Of a DNA stretch of 64,000 nt, positions 18,615 to 28,066 are shown in pieces. A program made the translations under genes and the position numbers. Under the pieces are notes generated by a model, which worked only from the letters and a program-made list of their open reading frames with translations, did no database searches and had not been told where the DNA came from. Numbering within the stretch: position 1 is the first letter of the stretch; every line of letters begins with the position of its first letter. The stretch is from a virus (lineage: Duplodnaviria; Caudoviricetes): positions 32,001 to 96,000 of IMG/VR virus record IMGVR_UViG_3300014205_000177; one strand, written 5' to 3'.

Positions 18615-18638
18615 AAAAAATACGGATTTCTCCGTATT
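18615..18638 (-). terminator. rho-independent terminator
   Basis: AATACGGA-GAAA-TCCGTATT followed by T-tract on - strand. Confidence 0.8.
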
Positions 18639-18667
18639 ATTTTTATTGTTTAATTTTTTGTTAAATA

Positions 18668-19600
18668 TTATAATTCCTTTAAATCCATTTTTGAGAAAAC
18701 AGAATCTTTTAAAACTTCCCAAGCAGTATTTTGAAACCATTTTATAGATTCCTGAAATTTAAACCAATCAGAATTTTCAAAACAATCTTTCTTTTTATAG
18801 GAACTAAACATCCACCCATTTGTAATTACTGCATCATTAAACCATTTTTTACTATCATACTTGGGAAGTGCAACTCCACCATAGCTTGGGATTAATGCCA
18901 TTTTTTCAAAGTATTGTAATCTATCAAGTTTATTTGGTAAATCAAATGCAATACTTAAATGAAGCATTAATTCTATTAAAGATTTACGAGTTCCCCCTAG
19001 TTCTAAAAATAAACTCTTTGCCGCTTCAAGAAATATTTTATTATTATCTCTATGTTCTTCCATTAATCTAGTATCCTTCCACACCCTTCCTATCTCATCT
19101 GGTAACGTCTTTGCGTCTGCATGACCGATGTTGGGACTTACGGACTCAAGGGGACCTGACATTGAATTAAACGACTCATAGTATCCTACGAAGTTAGAAT
19201 GAGCCCAAGTGTCTGCAAACACATGACAGGCTATTCCTAATTTATACAAACACTTTTTATCCTTTGCTCTTTTAAATAGCATTTGTGCGTTTTTACTATT
19301 TGGGGTGGTGTTTAATAAATGAAATTTACCATCTTTTCTAAGTGCTTTTTTGCTGGAAAAATTACCAGGCACAAAATGAAAAAGGGGATATATTCTGAAT
19401 AGTTTCTTTTTAGGATTAAAAATATTCATCGTCTGACTAATGTAATTATGATACTCATTAATTCCTTTATTTATTAGGTATTCATTTACATTATCATCAA
19501 CCATCTGTGAAGAATAAGCTATTATCTCAGCTTCGGCTGGAGAATATCCAGCCTTAGTTGCAATTAAATAAGTTACGCTGTGATGAAATTCAATATCCAT
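18668..19600 (-). CDS. putative Zn-dependent phospholipase C/P1-nuclease-fold protein (DUF6765-like)
   Basis: N-terminal DIEFHH, SQMVDDN, FHF, CHVFADTWAH, GHADA...PD. Confidence 0.6.
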   Translation of the reverse strand: MDIEFHHSVTYLIATKAGYSPAEAEIIAYSSQMVDDNVNEYLINKGINEYHNYISQTMNIFNPKKKLFRIYPLFHFVPGNFSSKKALRKDGKFHLLNTTPNSKNAQMLFKRAKDKKCLYKLGIACHVFADTWAHSNFVGYYESFNSMSGPLESVSPNIGHADAKTLPDEIGRVWKDTRLMEEHRDNNKIFLEAAKSLFLELGGTRKSLIELMLHLSIAFDLPNKLDRLQYFEKMALIPSYGGVALPKYDSKKWFNDAVITNGWMFSSYKKKDCFENSDWFKFQESIKWFQNTAWEVLKDSVFSKMDLKEL

Positions 19601-20389
19601 TTATATATCTTCTTTGGAAGTGGTTGTTGAATCAGTTTCTACTTCTGGAATATTTGCATCAAGAGTTACCAATCCCTTTAACCCGTTTTTGCTACGAATA
19701 GTACTAACCAACTTACGAGTTTCATTACTTTGTATTACTTTTGCCAAGGTATTAGCCTGAGCTGTATCTTTTACATTTTTATAGACTTCGCTAGTTTGTA
19801 CTACTTCTAGTAATGATTTATTATCTTTAATAGCTTTTACTATAAGAAGTATTATAAATACTCCTACTATTATGGCAATACCAGTTATTGCCATCCAAAA
19901 ATAATAATAAGCAGCCCCTGAAAACAAGGCTATACTTGCACCAAATAAAGTAAGTTGCAATGCTAATCCAGCTAAATTTGGAACTCCAGCCGCATAACAT
20001 ACAATAATAAAGGCTATTCCTCCAGCAAATATAACAGAACCAACTATAATACCCCAATAGAAAAAATTCTCTACTCTTTTAGTTTTATCATTCATTAGTT
20101 TTTCAACTTTAGATTCAAGGTCTTCTGTATATGCTTTCATTTTTTTTGCAATAATATCTTTATCTGCTAACCCATTGGCTACCATAATAACTTTTGTTGC
20201 TTCTTGTTTTACCTTTACCTCTTTGCTTGTTGAATCTATAATGTTTGCTGATGTTTTAAGTTTTTCTGAATCCTCCTTTAATAAAAGATTCATTCCAGAA
20301 AGAGCATCATCTGTTCTAATTGGGGTGTATAAAGAACTACATCCTGTAATTAAAAATATAGTCATGATTGGTATTAGTTTTTTGTACAT
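19601..20389 (-). CDS. membrane lipoprotein with three further TM segments (start revised)
   Basis: MYKKLIPIMTIFLITG/C lipobox, SD GAGGAG, coiled coil, three hydrophobic helices. Confidence 0.65.
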   Translation of the reverse strand: MYKKLIPIMTIFLITGCSSLYTPIRTDDALSGMNLLLKEDSEKLKTSANIIDSTSKEVKVKQEATKVIMVANGLADKDIIAKKMKAYTEDLESKVEKLMNDKTKRVENFFYWGIIVGSVIFAGGIAFIIVCYAAGVPNLAGLALQLTLFGASIALFSGAAYYYFWMAITGIAIIVGVFIILLIVKAIKDNKSLLEVVQTSEVYKNVKDTAQANTLAKVIQSNETRKLVSTIRSKNGLKGLVTLDANIPEVETDSTTTSKEDI

Positions 20390-20498
20390 TTTTCTTCTCC
20401 TCTTTAAAATTTGGTGCATTTAAAATATAATCTAAAATAATTAGTAATAAATAAAACAAAATAATCGTAAATATAAATAAAACAACTTTTAATTTCAT
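20337..20498 (-). CDS. small single-TM protein (not in ORF track)
   Basis: manual translation MKLKVVLFIFTIILFYLLLIILDY..., ATGA overlap with upstream ORF. Confidence 0.45.
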   Translation of the reverse strand: MKLKVVLFIFTIILFYLLLIILDYILNAPNFKEEKKNVQKTNTNHDYIFNYRM

Positions 20499-20611
20499 TT
20501 CTTAATAATTCTCTCATAATTACAGTTATGATTAGAACATATGTATATCCCAAGAAAAACATCATCAGGGACAAATATTAAATAACATTTACATCTTGGA
20601 CATATATCCAT
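20495..20611 (-). CDS. 38-aa zinc-ribbon protein (not in ORF track)
   Basis: MDICPRCK...YICSNHNCNY; SD AGGA. Confidence 0.5.
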   Translation of the reverse strand: MDICPRCKCYLIFVPDDVFLGIYICSNHNCNYERIIKK

Positions 20612-20633
20612 TTTAACTTTCCTATAATTAATA

Positions 20634-20801
20634 TTAGTTTATAGGTATCGGGAAACGGCAAATAATAAAGTCATTTGGGTTCATTGCTTCATCAAACCCT
20701 ATCAAAAATAAGTATTGAATATCATCAATAGTTTTTAATTCTCCGATTGTTCTCCAATTAACATCTTTTTTGTTTTTTACTTTATAAAATCCGTCTTTCA
20801 T
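20634..20801 (-). CDS. small hypothetical protein (not in ORF track)
   Basis: MKDGFYKVK... 55 aa, TAATG junction with upstream gene. Confidence 0.55.
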   Translation of the reverse strand: MKDGFYKVKNKKDVNWRTIGELKTIDDIQYLFLIGFDEAMNPNDFIICRFPIPIN

Positions 20802-21052
20802 TATTCAACCTCTTCTTGTTTTGGTATCATGTCAAATAAATCAGCATGTAATATATCCATTTTATTTGCGATGTATGGGTCTGAGGTTTTTATATAGTCA
20901 GAATAAGCTTTTAGTGCAGCTAAAACTGCCATAGATTTATCCAGTTTTCCAATATCAAAAGAAACTGGAAGAGAAAATGGTTTTTGAGTACTTTCAATTA
21001 ACCCATTTATAAAATAAGACTTTACTTCGTTAGCGTTTTCAAAATTAAACAT
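20801..21052 (-). CDS. hypothetical protein
   Basis: ORF with SD AAGGAG. Confidence 0.6.
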   Translation of the reverse strand: MFNFENANEVKSYFINGLIESTQKPFSLPVSFDIGKLDKSMAVLAALKAYSDYIKTSDPYIANKMDILHADLFDMIPKQEEVE

Positions 21053-21068
21053 TTATAATCTCCTTTTT

Positions 21069-24000
21069 TTATTGTGGTGTACAAGTTTTTGTTCCAGGAT
21101 AGCCATAATAATCCCAATTAGGATTCAATATTACATTAACACCTTGTGTGTTTGGAGCCGTTGAAATTATTGCATATTCAATTACTGATTCACTTTCATA
21201 AGTAGTTAATATTGATGTTCCAATAACCCATAAATAATCACTTCCAGATGGAGTTACGGTAATGTATCCATCATAACTCCCATAAAAGGCTAAATTAGAT
21301 TTATAAACAACACTACCTTCAGGAACATCCACTCCATAATATCTAGTATATAATCCACCACCATAACTAGAATCATAATCATCAGTTACTAAATATTCCA
21401 AATCAATGATTGCACCTCCTGTTATATTCACTGTCCATCCTACTGCTTCTAATTCTGTTTTATCTGTCAAACCTTGACCAGTTGGAAGAGTTGTTATCAA
21501 GCCACTAAATGTCCCATTAGTTGTTCCTGTAGATACTAGCATTGAAAGTAAATAATTAATTTTTGAAGCACCTAATAAAGTATTATCTACATTTATATTA
21601 GTTAATATAGTTCCAAAAGGTATTGTAAATAATGAAATTTGCTCTCCATTTAAATCAATTGAACTAAGAGATGTTACTGCACCAGAAATATAAATAGTAT
21701 AAGTTCCTACAGTTGAATAAGTATGAGATAATGTTACAGTACTTCCTGTCATAGATTCATTAACTATATTACCATCACCATAATCAACAACAAGTGCAGT
21801 TCCGTTAGCTCCTATTACATCTATATAGACTTGATTATCTAATAATAAAACAATTTTAATTGGGTCTCCAGTATGTAATGGTACAGTTGCAAAATCAGCA
21901 GTATATAAACAATTACCTTTGTATGATACTAAACTATCTATTAAGAAGTCTTCACTTGAAGAATATCCCATGTAATAACCACTACCAATTATTAATTGAT
22001 TAGAAGTGCTTGGGAATGTTCCAGCAATTTCTGTTTCAAGAACTTTTGTTCCATCCATAAACATACGAACAATGTTACTATTATCACGAGTTAATGTTAT
22101 TTCTTTCCATTCATTAACAGGTAATGAAACCGAAGAACCATACCAGGTTGAACCAAACATCACTCCAAGAGTAGCTCCAGAAGTAAGGATGGACCAACAA
22201 TCATCGTAATAAGAACCAGCTATTAATAAAATTTGGTCATAGGCATATTTTCTTTTTACTCTAAATTTAACAGTAAACACTCCATCAAACGAAACAAAAG
22301 AAGTAGTTGCTGAATTTATCCATGTATTTTGATAAAGAGAAGCACTTGATTTTCCAAAAGCAGAATCATAAGTAGTTAATTTTGCCCCATAATTAGCTGT
22401 AAACGAAATATTATTAGAGCCTGAATCAGAAATTGTTGTAGATGCATCAGCTCCTTCAAAATTTAATATAATGTCAGGAACAATAACGATTCCAATAGTG
22501 ATAGTCCAACCGTCATTCTCTAATGTAGCTTTATCTGTTAATCCTTGACCAGTTGGTTGTGAAGTTGCATAAATGCTAATTGTTCCATTAGAATTACCAA
22601 TATTTGATAACATACTTAATAAAGTATTAACTTGATACTCATTTAATGTTGAATCAGTACCTGATATATTAACCAAATTACAATCTGTTGGAATTATAAT
22701 ATTTGATACAGTAGAATCTTTAAAATCTATGGAAGTAATTTCAGAAATATATTGTCCATGTAATTTAAAATTACAATTTGAACCAGAATAAGAATGTGTT
22801 AATGTAACTATAGAGCCAGTCATTTCGACAGAAGTTAATGTTCCATCTCCATAATCAACATCAATGATAGCACCATTAGTACCTATAATGTCAATCTCAA
22901 AAGAACTTGGTGTTGTTAGTGATAATGTAATTCCATCCCATAAATGTTTGCTATCGTTAAAATAAGAATCAAAAGCACGAATTACTCTTGCTCTTTGAAA
23001 ATCATTTAAATTAAAATCAAATCCTAAAATTGCACCATAATAACCATTAGTAACTGATTCTCCATTGTTATAATTTGCACCAATAATAACATCTCCAGTA
23101 TTATCTGTTATGGAAGTGGTTAATAAAGAAGAACTTTCTATATTATCAATAGTTATTTTAGAGATAGTATTAGATGCAGAACTCGCATCCGTATTCATCC
23201 ATTCAATAATTTCCATTTTATTTCCAGCATATAAAGTAGAATCAGTATCTCTGACTAGAGAAGCACGATTACAATAACGACCATCAGGATGAATATCTAA
23301 ACAGTTACCACCATTCCATGCTTGACCTATAATTTGTTGCCATGCTCCATTATTTACGAATTTACCAACAATAAAAATATCATAAGGAGTATTTGAAAAC
23401 TTCATATTTGAAATCTTCATATTTTGACTACCTTGAAAATTAACAACAGATTTATCATTAAATGAAGAGTTAGAAGATTGAAATACAGGATAAGTTTCAC
23501 CATATCTCAAAGCGTTTAATGATTCATTATTTTTATCTTTCCATTTTCTTAAATATCCATCAGTTTCACCAGTAAGATTATTAGAAGAAAAATAAAATAA
23601 TGGTTCTAAATCAGCAAAAACATCTTCTAAATAAATATCAGTGATACTAATCGTCCATCCAGCAGAAATTAAAGTTGTTTTGTCAGTTAAACCTTGACCT
23701 GTTGGCAAGTAATTATTTTCAATAGTTAAAATTCCGTTAACAACAGAACTTGCAACTAAATTTGCCAATAAACGATTAAGTCCAGAAGAACTTAATTCTT
23801 TAATTCCTGTAGCTATAAAACTATTAATAGAAGTAACACTAGAAGCTAAAATAATGTTTGTAATTGTATTGTTACTTACATTGATTTCAGTTATGGCATT
23901 ACTTGTTACACTCTTCATGCAAACGTTATATTTACCATTTGATGAATAAGTATGATTAATAGAAACACTGTTTCCTGTCATGGTATAAGAAATAAAAGAA

Positions 24001-24965
24001 CCGTCACCATAATCTAAAATAACTACTGTCCCATTTGGACCAATAATAGAACCATTAAATTGTGAAGATTCATTAACAAAATATATTAATGTTGGATAAG
24101 ACAAAACTGTTTCAGAAGTTCTAAAATTAAATTCATAAATATAAGGACTTGTACTTGCAGTTCCATAAACACCTTTCAATCTCAAATATCTATAAGGGCT
24201 TGTATTATTAGGATAAGTAGTTAATACTCCAGCAGTAGAACCACCAATAACTTTATCAAGTGATAAATCCAACCAATTAGAATCATCAATACTACCTTGA
24301 ATAATCCAATATCCATGAGTTGAAGTATTGTTTTGTAATAATTGTATCATATCAGTTTGATATAATCCGCCAAAATTAAATTTAATCCAATTATCAGTTA
24401 CATTAATTGCTTGAAAATAAATATCATTAGCAGAAGAACCGTCAACTAATTTAGAATAAGTTGTATTAGTAAACATTGAAGATGAAGAAGTTGTAACTGT
24501 AATATTAGAAGTTCTATTGCCAAAACTCATAGCATTAGTCCATTTTGTAGGACTTTCATCATAAGAATAAGAATTGTTATATTTACTACTATCTACTATG
24601 GTATCATTAAATAAGTTTTCTTCTAAAACAGGATAATCTACAATCATTGAAATTAATAAACCATCTGTATAACCACCAGAATTTTGAACAATATTTTGTT
24701 GATAAGAAGAATTCATTAAAGATAAAGATGAAGGTGGTGTTGTATCCTCAATAAAAGTACCAGTACCAGAACTTTCAATGACATCCCAATATGGAACATT
24801 ATTGCTTATGTATAGTGCTTTATTATCACTTGATTCTGGCGGTGTTAATGCATATAAAACTCCACTTACAGTATAGAATAAGGTTCCATCAGCAGGTTCT
24901 GAACCTCCTATGTATATCTTTGTTTGCCCTCTAAATTCTGGATTTACTATTAAACTTTTTATCAT
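21069..24965 (-). CDS. multidomain virion/receptor-binding protein (F5/8C-like, two LamG-like, three PKD-containing repeat modules)
   Basis: WIIQGSIDDSNW/YRYLRL discoidin motif; FTVKFRVK/WKEITLTR/MFMDG LamG motif; three DYGDG...PTGQGLTDK...GWT modules. Confidence 0.75.
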   Translation of the reverse strand: MIKSLIVNPEFRGQTKIYIGGSEPADGTLFYTVSGVLYALTPPESSDNKALYISNNVPYWDVIESSGTGTFIEDTTPPSSLSLMNSSYQQNIVQNSGGYTDGLLISMIVDYPVLEENLFNDTIVDSSKYNNSYSYDESPTKWTNAMSFGNRTSNITVTTSSSSMFTNTTYSKLVDGSSANDIYFQAINVTDNWIKFNFGGLYQTDMIQLLQNNTSTHGYWIIQGSIDDSNWLDLSLDKVIGGSTAGVLTTYPNNTSPYRYLRLKGVYGTASTSPYIYEFNFRTSETVLSYPTLIYFVNESSQFNGSIIGPNGTVVILDYGDGSFISYTMTGNSVSINHTYSSNGKYNVCMKSVTSNAITEINVSNNTITNIILASSVTSINSFIATGIKELSSSGLNRLLANLVASSVVNGILTIENNYLPTGQGLTDKTTLISAGWTISITDIYLEDVFADLEPLFYFSSNNLTGETDGYLRKWKDKNNESLNALRYGETYPVFQSSNSSFNDKSVVNFQGSQNMKISNMKFSNTPYDIFIVGKFVNNGAWQQIIGQAWNGGNCLDIHPDGRYCNRASLVRDTDSTLYAGNKMEIIEWMNTDASSASNTISKITIDNIESSSLLTTSITDNTGDVIIGANYNNGESVTNGYYGAILGFDFNLNDFQRARVIRAFDSYFNDSKHLWDGITLSLTTPSSFEIDIIGTNGAIIDVDYGDGTLTSVEMTGSIVTLTHSYSGSNCNFKLHGQYISEITSIDFKDSTVSNIIIPTDCNLVNISGTDSTLNEYQVNTLLSMLSNIGNSNGTISIYATSQPTGQGLTDKATLENDGWTITIGIVIVPDIILNFEGADASTTISDSGSNNISFTANYGAKLTTYDSAFGKSSASLYQNTWINSATTSFVSFDGVFTVKFRVKRKYAYDQILLIAGSYYDDCWSILTSGATLGVMFGSTWYGSSVSLPVNEWKEITLTRDNSNIVRMFMDGTKVLETEIAGTFPSTSNQLIIGSGYYMGYSSSEDFLIDSLVSYKGNCLYTADFATVPLHTGDPIKIVLLLDNQVYIDVIGANGTALVVDYGDGNIVNESMTGSTVTLSHTYSTVGTYTIYISGAVTSLSSIDLNGEQISLFTIPFGTILTNINVDNTLLGASKINYLLSMLVSTGTTNGTFSGLITTLPTGQGLTDKTELEAVGWTVNITGGAIIDLEYLVTDDYDSSYGGGLYTRYYGVDVPEGSVVYKSNLAFYGSYDGYITVTPSGSDYLWVIGTSILTTYESESVIEYAIISTAPNTQGVNVILNPNWDYYGYPGTKTCTPQ

Positions 24966-25132
24966 TGTGTACTCACTGTGTTTATTGTTCCATTATTTAT
25001 TACTATTAACCCATCATTCAATACAGTAGGTTTCAACTCACCATCTTTTTTAACTAATATACCATTAGTAGCAGACTTATTAGGGAAAGATATAGCCCCT
25101 ACTATTTTTGTATTCACATTTTTACTCTTCAT
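24962..25132 (-). CDS. 56-aa small tail-associated protein (not in ORF track)
   Basis: SD AGGAG, MKSKNVNTKIVGAISFP..., ATGA overlap with next gene. Confidence 0.55.
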   Translation of the reverse strand: MKSKNVNTKIVGAISFPNKSATNGILVKKDGELKPTVLNDGLIVINNGTINTVSTQ

Positions 25133-25146
25133 GAATACTCCTATTG

Positions 25147-27402
25147 TTAAGCACTAACCAATTCATGTAACGGGTCTAATAAAAATTTACATCCAGCAGC
25201 ACCGTACCAATTAAATTCAAATTCAACAGATAATGGATTAGTGGTAGGACAATCAATATAAGTATCAATTCTCCACATTGTTAATCCAGTTTCATTATTC
25301 CATTCCGAAGTAGCATCCGTTTTATAAACACCACAAGTATTAGAATAATAATCGTTATAAAAATCACCATCGACATCTTGTGGAACTCTTACTTTGATTT
25401 TAAATCTAGTGCCAATGTAATTATTAACTGTACCTTGTGCAGTTAAATTAGCATAGCCTTTAGCGGCAACGTAGTAAGACAATCTATATCTTCCAGGGGT
25501 TTCAACCGTTATTTGTGGTCCAAGTAAAGGACTTCTTCCTAAAATCATAGGAGTTACATTATCTCTATATTGATTAATAAACATTATAGAAGCAGGTGAA
25601 CCACCAGTTCTGTAAATATTTGAAGAACGAGCATATTGATTATATGAATCTGCCATAAAATAATTTATATTTCCAGAATACTCCATAGCAGATTTACAAA
25701 TTTGTAAATAATCAAAATTAGAATAACTTTCATTGGCAGATGTTTTATTATCACCAAGTAAATATGTATTACAATGGTCAACAATTATAGTTGTACCATA
25801 ACCTGTTCCCCAAATACAACCAGTTGAACCATCATAGGGATAAGAAACATTATTAACATTAGCTGTTACTGTATCAATATGAATAGTACATCCATTATCA
25901 TAGCGAATGAAATTACTTGGTCTCCACGAAGAAATAGTATCTACGTCAGCTCTAGTTAAATTTCCAAAATGAACTTGACCTTTAAAACTAGCATTAGTAA
26001 CTTGTGCTCCACCAATAAATGCAGCTTTACCTCTTTCGTTATTTACGATTATATTATCAACCGTAATTGGACAAGCACCATGATAATGACCACCAATATC
26101 AGAATTATTACAGTCGAGATAAAATACATTATAATAACTTGGAGTAGCATCGTTATTATTATAATTTGCTGTGCCGTATGCTACAGCAGGGTCTTCTCCC
26201 ATTTGAATAGTAATGTTTTTAAGTTTTCTTATTGCTCCAGCAACATATCCTACAGTTCCATAAACATTCAATCTAAATGGCATTCCATTTTGATTCATGT
26301 AATACCAAACTTTGTTTAAATCTAAATCAATGTCTTGAATATCACAATAACGAATCCAACAATCGAAACTGAGTAAACCATTATAGATAAACAAATTATT
26401 ACCAGTTCTATTTGGCGTACCAAGAACACGAGGCATATCAATATTTATATTTTTAAGCGTTAAATAATCAATTGTTTGATTTACAAAAGCAATTGAAAAT
26501 GGGATATGATTACAACTTGTAGCTGTTCCATTAACAATAATATGTTCGGTATAATTGATTACATTACAACTTAATAATTTATGTTCATTAGCATCATTTA
26601 AATAAAATACGCCAATATCGTCACATCCAGTAACTTTATTAACTACTGTATTAACAAGATTAAACTTCCATAAAGCTTGAAACCAAAAACCATAACCACC
26701 TGTAGAACTACCTGCTCCATAATTTATCAAATTATTTTCAAATGATGCTTGAGCACAATCTCTAACTTTCAGATATTGAAATAATCCGTCATTAGCAATT
26801 TGGGTTGAAAATACAGTTGCATTATTATCATTTAATCTACCAAGAGAATCTGTACCATCGTTATCTACATCTTCACCATATCTACCGAACGAACATTCAC
26901 CAGTATAAACTTCTGTATGAATATTTGAATAAGTTCCTGAACCGTTATTATTGGTAATATTTACTATATAATTAGTTGTTGCGGAAGTACCAGCAGTACG
27001 TTGAACTTTTAATCCAGACCATGCGAATGAATAACAAGAACTTAAATTAATATTATTTCCACCAGAAGTAAAATAAGCCCATAATGCAGCATCATTTCCC
27101 CATGCAGATATAACCTCAGTTGGAACTATATCATAAAATTTATCTTTTTTACCAAAAGGAGATTGTAAAGCAGCCCTTGGACAACCAATAATCATAAATG
27201 AGGTTGCAGCTGAAGAAATAGAAGGAATTACTTTTGCTGCATTATAAGCAGTTCTTCTTAAAATCCAAGCATCACCAGTTGAGATTGTTGTAGGATATAC
27301 GTTTCTTGGAGTTGCTGGTGATACACCATTTCCATCTGAACCTGCACTTATATCTACATAAATTGCTGTGTAAGTGTTTCCACCATATTGAAATGTTGAC
27401 AT
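25147..27402 (-). CDS. tailspike-like, probable beta-helix protein
   Basis: YVDISAGSDGNGVSPATP N-terminus, Asn/Gly/Tyr-rich beta repeats; SD AGGAG; structural context. Confidence 0.6.
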   Translation of the reverse strand: MSTFQYGGNTYTAIYVDISAGSDGNGVSPATPRNVYPTTISTGDAWILRRTAYNAAKVIPSISSAATSFMIIGCPRAALQSPFGKKDKFYDIVPTEVISAWGNDAALWAYFTSGGNNINLSSCYSFAWSGLKVQRTAGTSATTNYIVNITNNNGSGTYSNIHTEVYTGECSFGRYGEDVDNDGTDSLGRLNDNNATVFSTQIANDGLFQYLKVRDCAQASFENNLINYGAGSSTGGYGFWFQALWKFNLVNTVVNKVTGCDDIGVFYLNDANEHKLLSCNVINYTEHIIVNGTATSCNHIPFSIAFVNQTIDYLTLKNINIDMPRVLGTPNRTGNNLFIYNGLLSFDCWIRYCDIQDIDLDLNKVWYYMNQNGMPFRLNVYGTVGYVAGAIRKLKNITIQMGEDPAVAYGTANYNNNDATPSYYNVFYLDCNNSDIGGHYHGACPITVDNIIVNNERGKAAFIGGAQVTNASFKGQVHFGNLTRADVDTISSWRPSNFIRYDNGCTIHIDTVTANVNNVSYPYDGSTGCIWGTGYGTTIIVDHCNTYLLGDNKTSANESYSNFDYLQICKSAMEYSGNINYFMADSYNQYARSSNIYRTGGSPASIMFINQYRDNVTPMILGRSPLLGPQITVETPGRYRLSYYVAAKGYANLTAQGTVNNYIGTRFKIKVRVPQDVDGDFYNDYYSNTCGVYKTDATSEWNNETGLTMWRIDTYIDCPTTNPLSVEFEFNWYGAAGCKFLLDPLHELVSA

Positions 27403-27414
27403 GTTTTATCTCCT

Positions 27415-27990
27415 CTATTTTCTTATTTTAAAATTAAATGTTAATCCACTGCATCCTGAAAAGTCAAAATTTATATTATTAGCATCAATTATTTCAAATG
27501 GAATACTACCACATGAGTCATACAGTCCAGTTACACTATTTAAAACACTAACAACAACCGAAGGGTTTAATTCGTCCAGAGAATGTTTAACGGAAAGAAT
27601 ATTACTTGTCCATTTACATCTATAATCTGAAAGACCCTCATCATAACCAGCATCTGTTCCATAAATAATTTCAGGAACTGAATAATTAGAAGCTTCACCA
27701 GAGCCAAAAGAATAAATTATAGCCCAAGAACTTTCTCCTCTTTTATATAATTCACCAGTGTCAATATTTATGTGATGGTCTCCGTTTTTACCACCACTAG
27801 GAGCTGCGTTACTTGATGTAACAATCGCTATTTCACCAGTAATATCAACCAACTCATAAGTCTCTGTTGTAGAGTTATATCTTAACGTTTGCCCATTAGA
27901 CGGAACTGTATCTGTTATTACAACCCCTCTTAATTTTATGGCATCAATCGGTCTAGTTGCCGGATGTATGGTCGATAAGTTTATAGTCAT
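27415..27990 (-). CDS. tail fibre-associated protein
   Basis: PSNGQTLRYNSTT and GKNGDHHINIDTGELYKR fibre motifs. Confidence 0.65.
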   Translation of the reverse strand: MTINLSTIHPATRPIDAIKLRGVVITDTVPSNGQTLRYNSTTETYELVDITGEIAIVTSSNAAPSGGKNGDHHINIDTGELYKRGESSWAIIYSFGSGEASNYSVPEIIYGTDAGYDEGLSDYRCKWTSNILSVKHSLDELNPSVVVSVLNSVTGLYDSCGSIPFEIIDANNINFDFSGCSGLTFNFKIRK

Positions 27991-28066
27991 TAAAATCTCC
28001 TTATTATGTATATTATATTAATTAAGCCCTATTTTAAACACTTGTCTATTTTATAAAAGGTCAACG

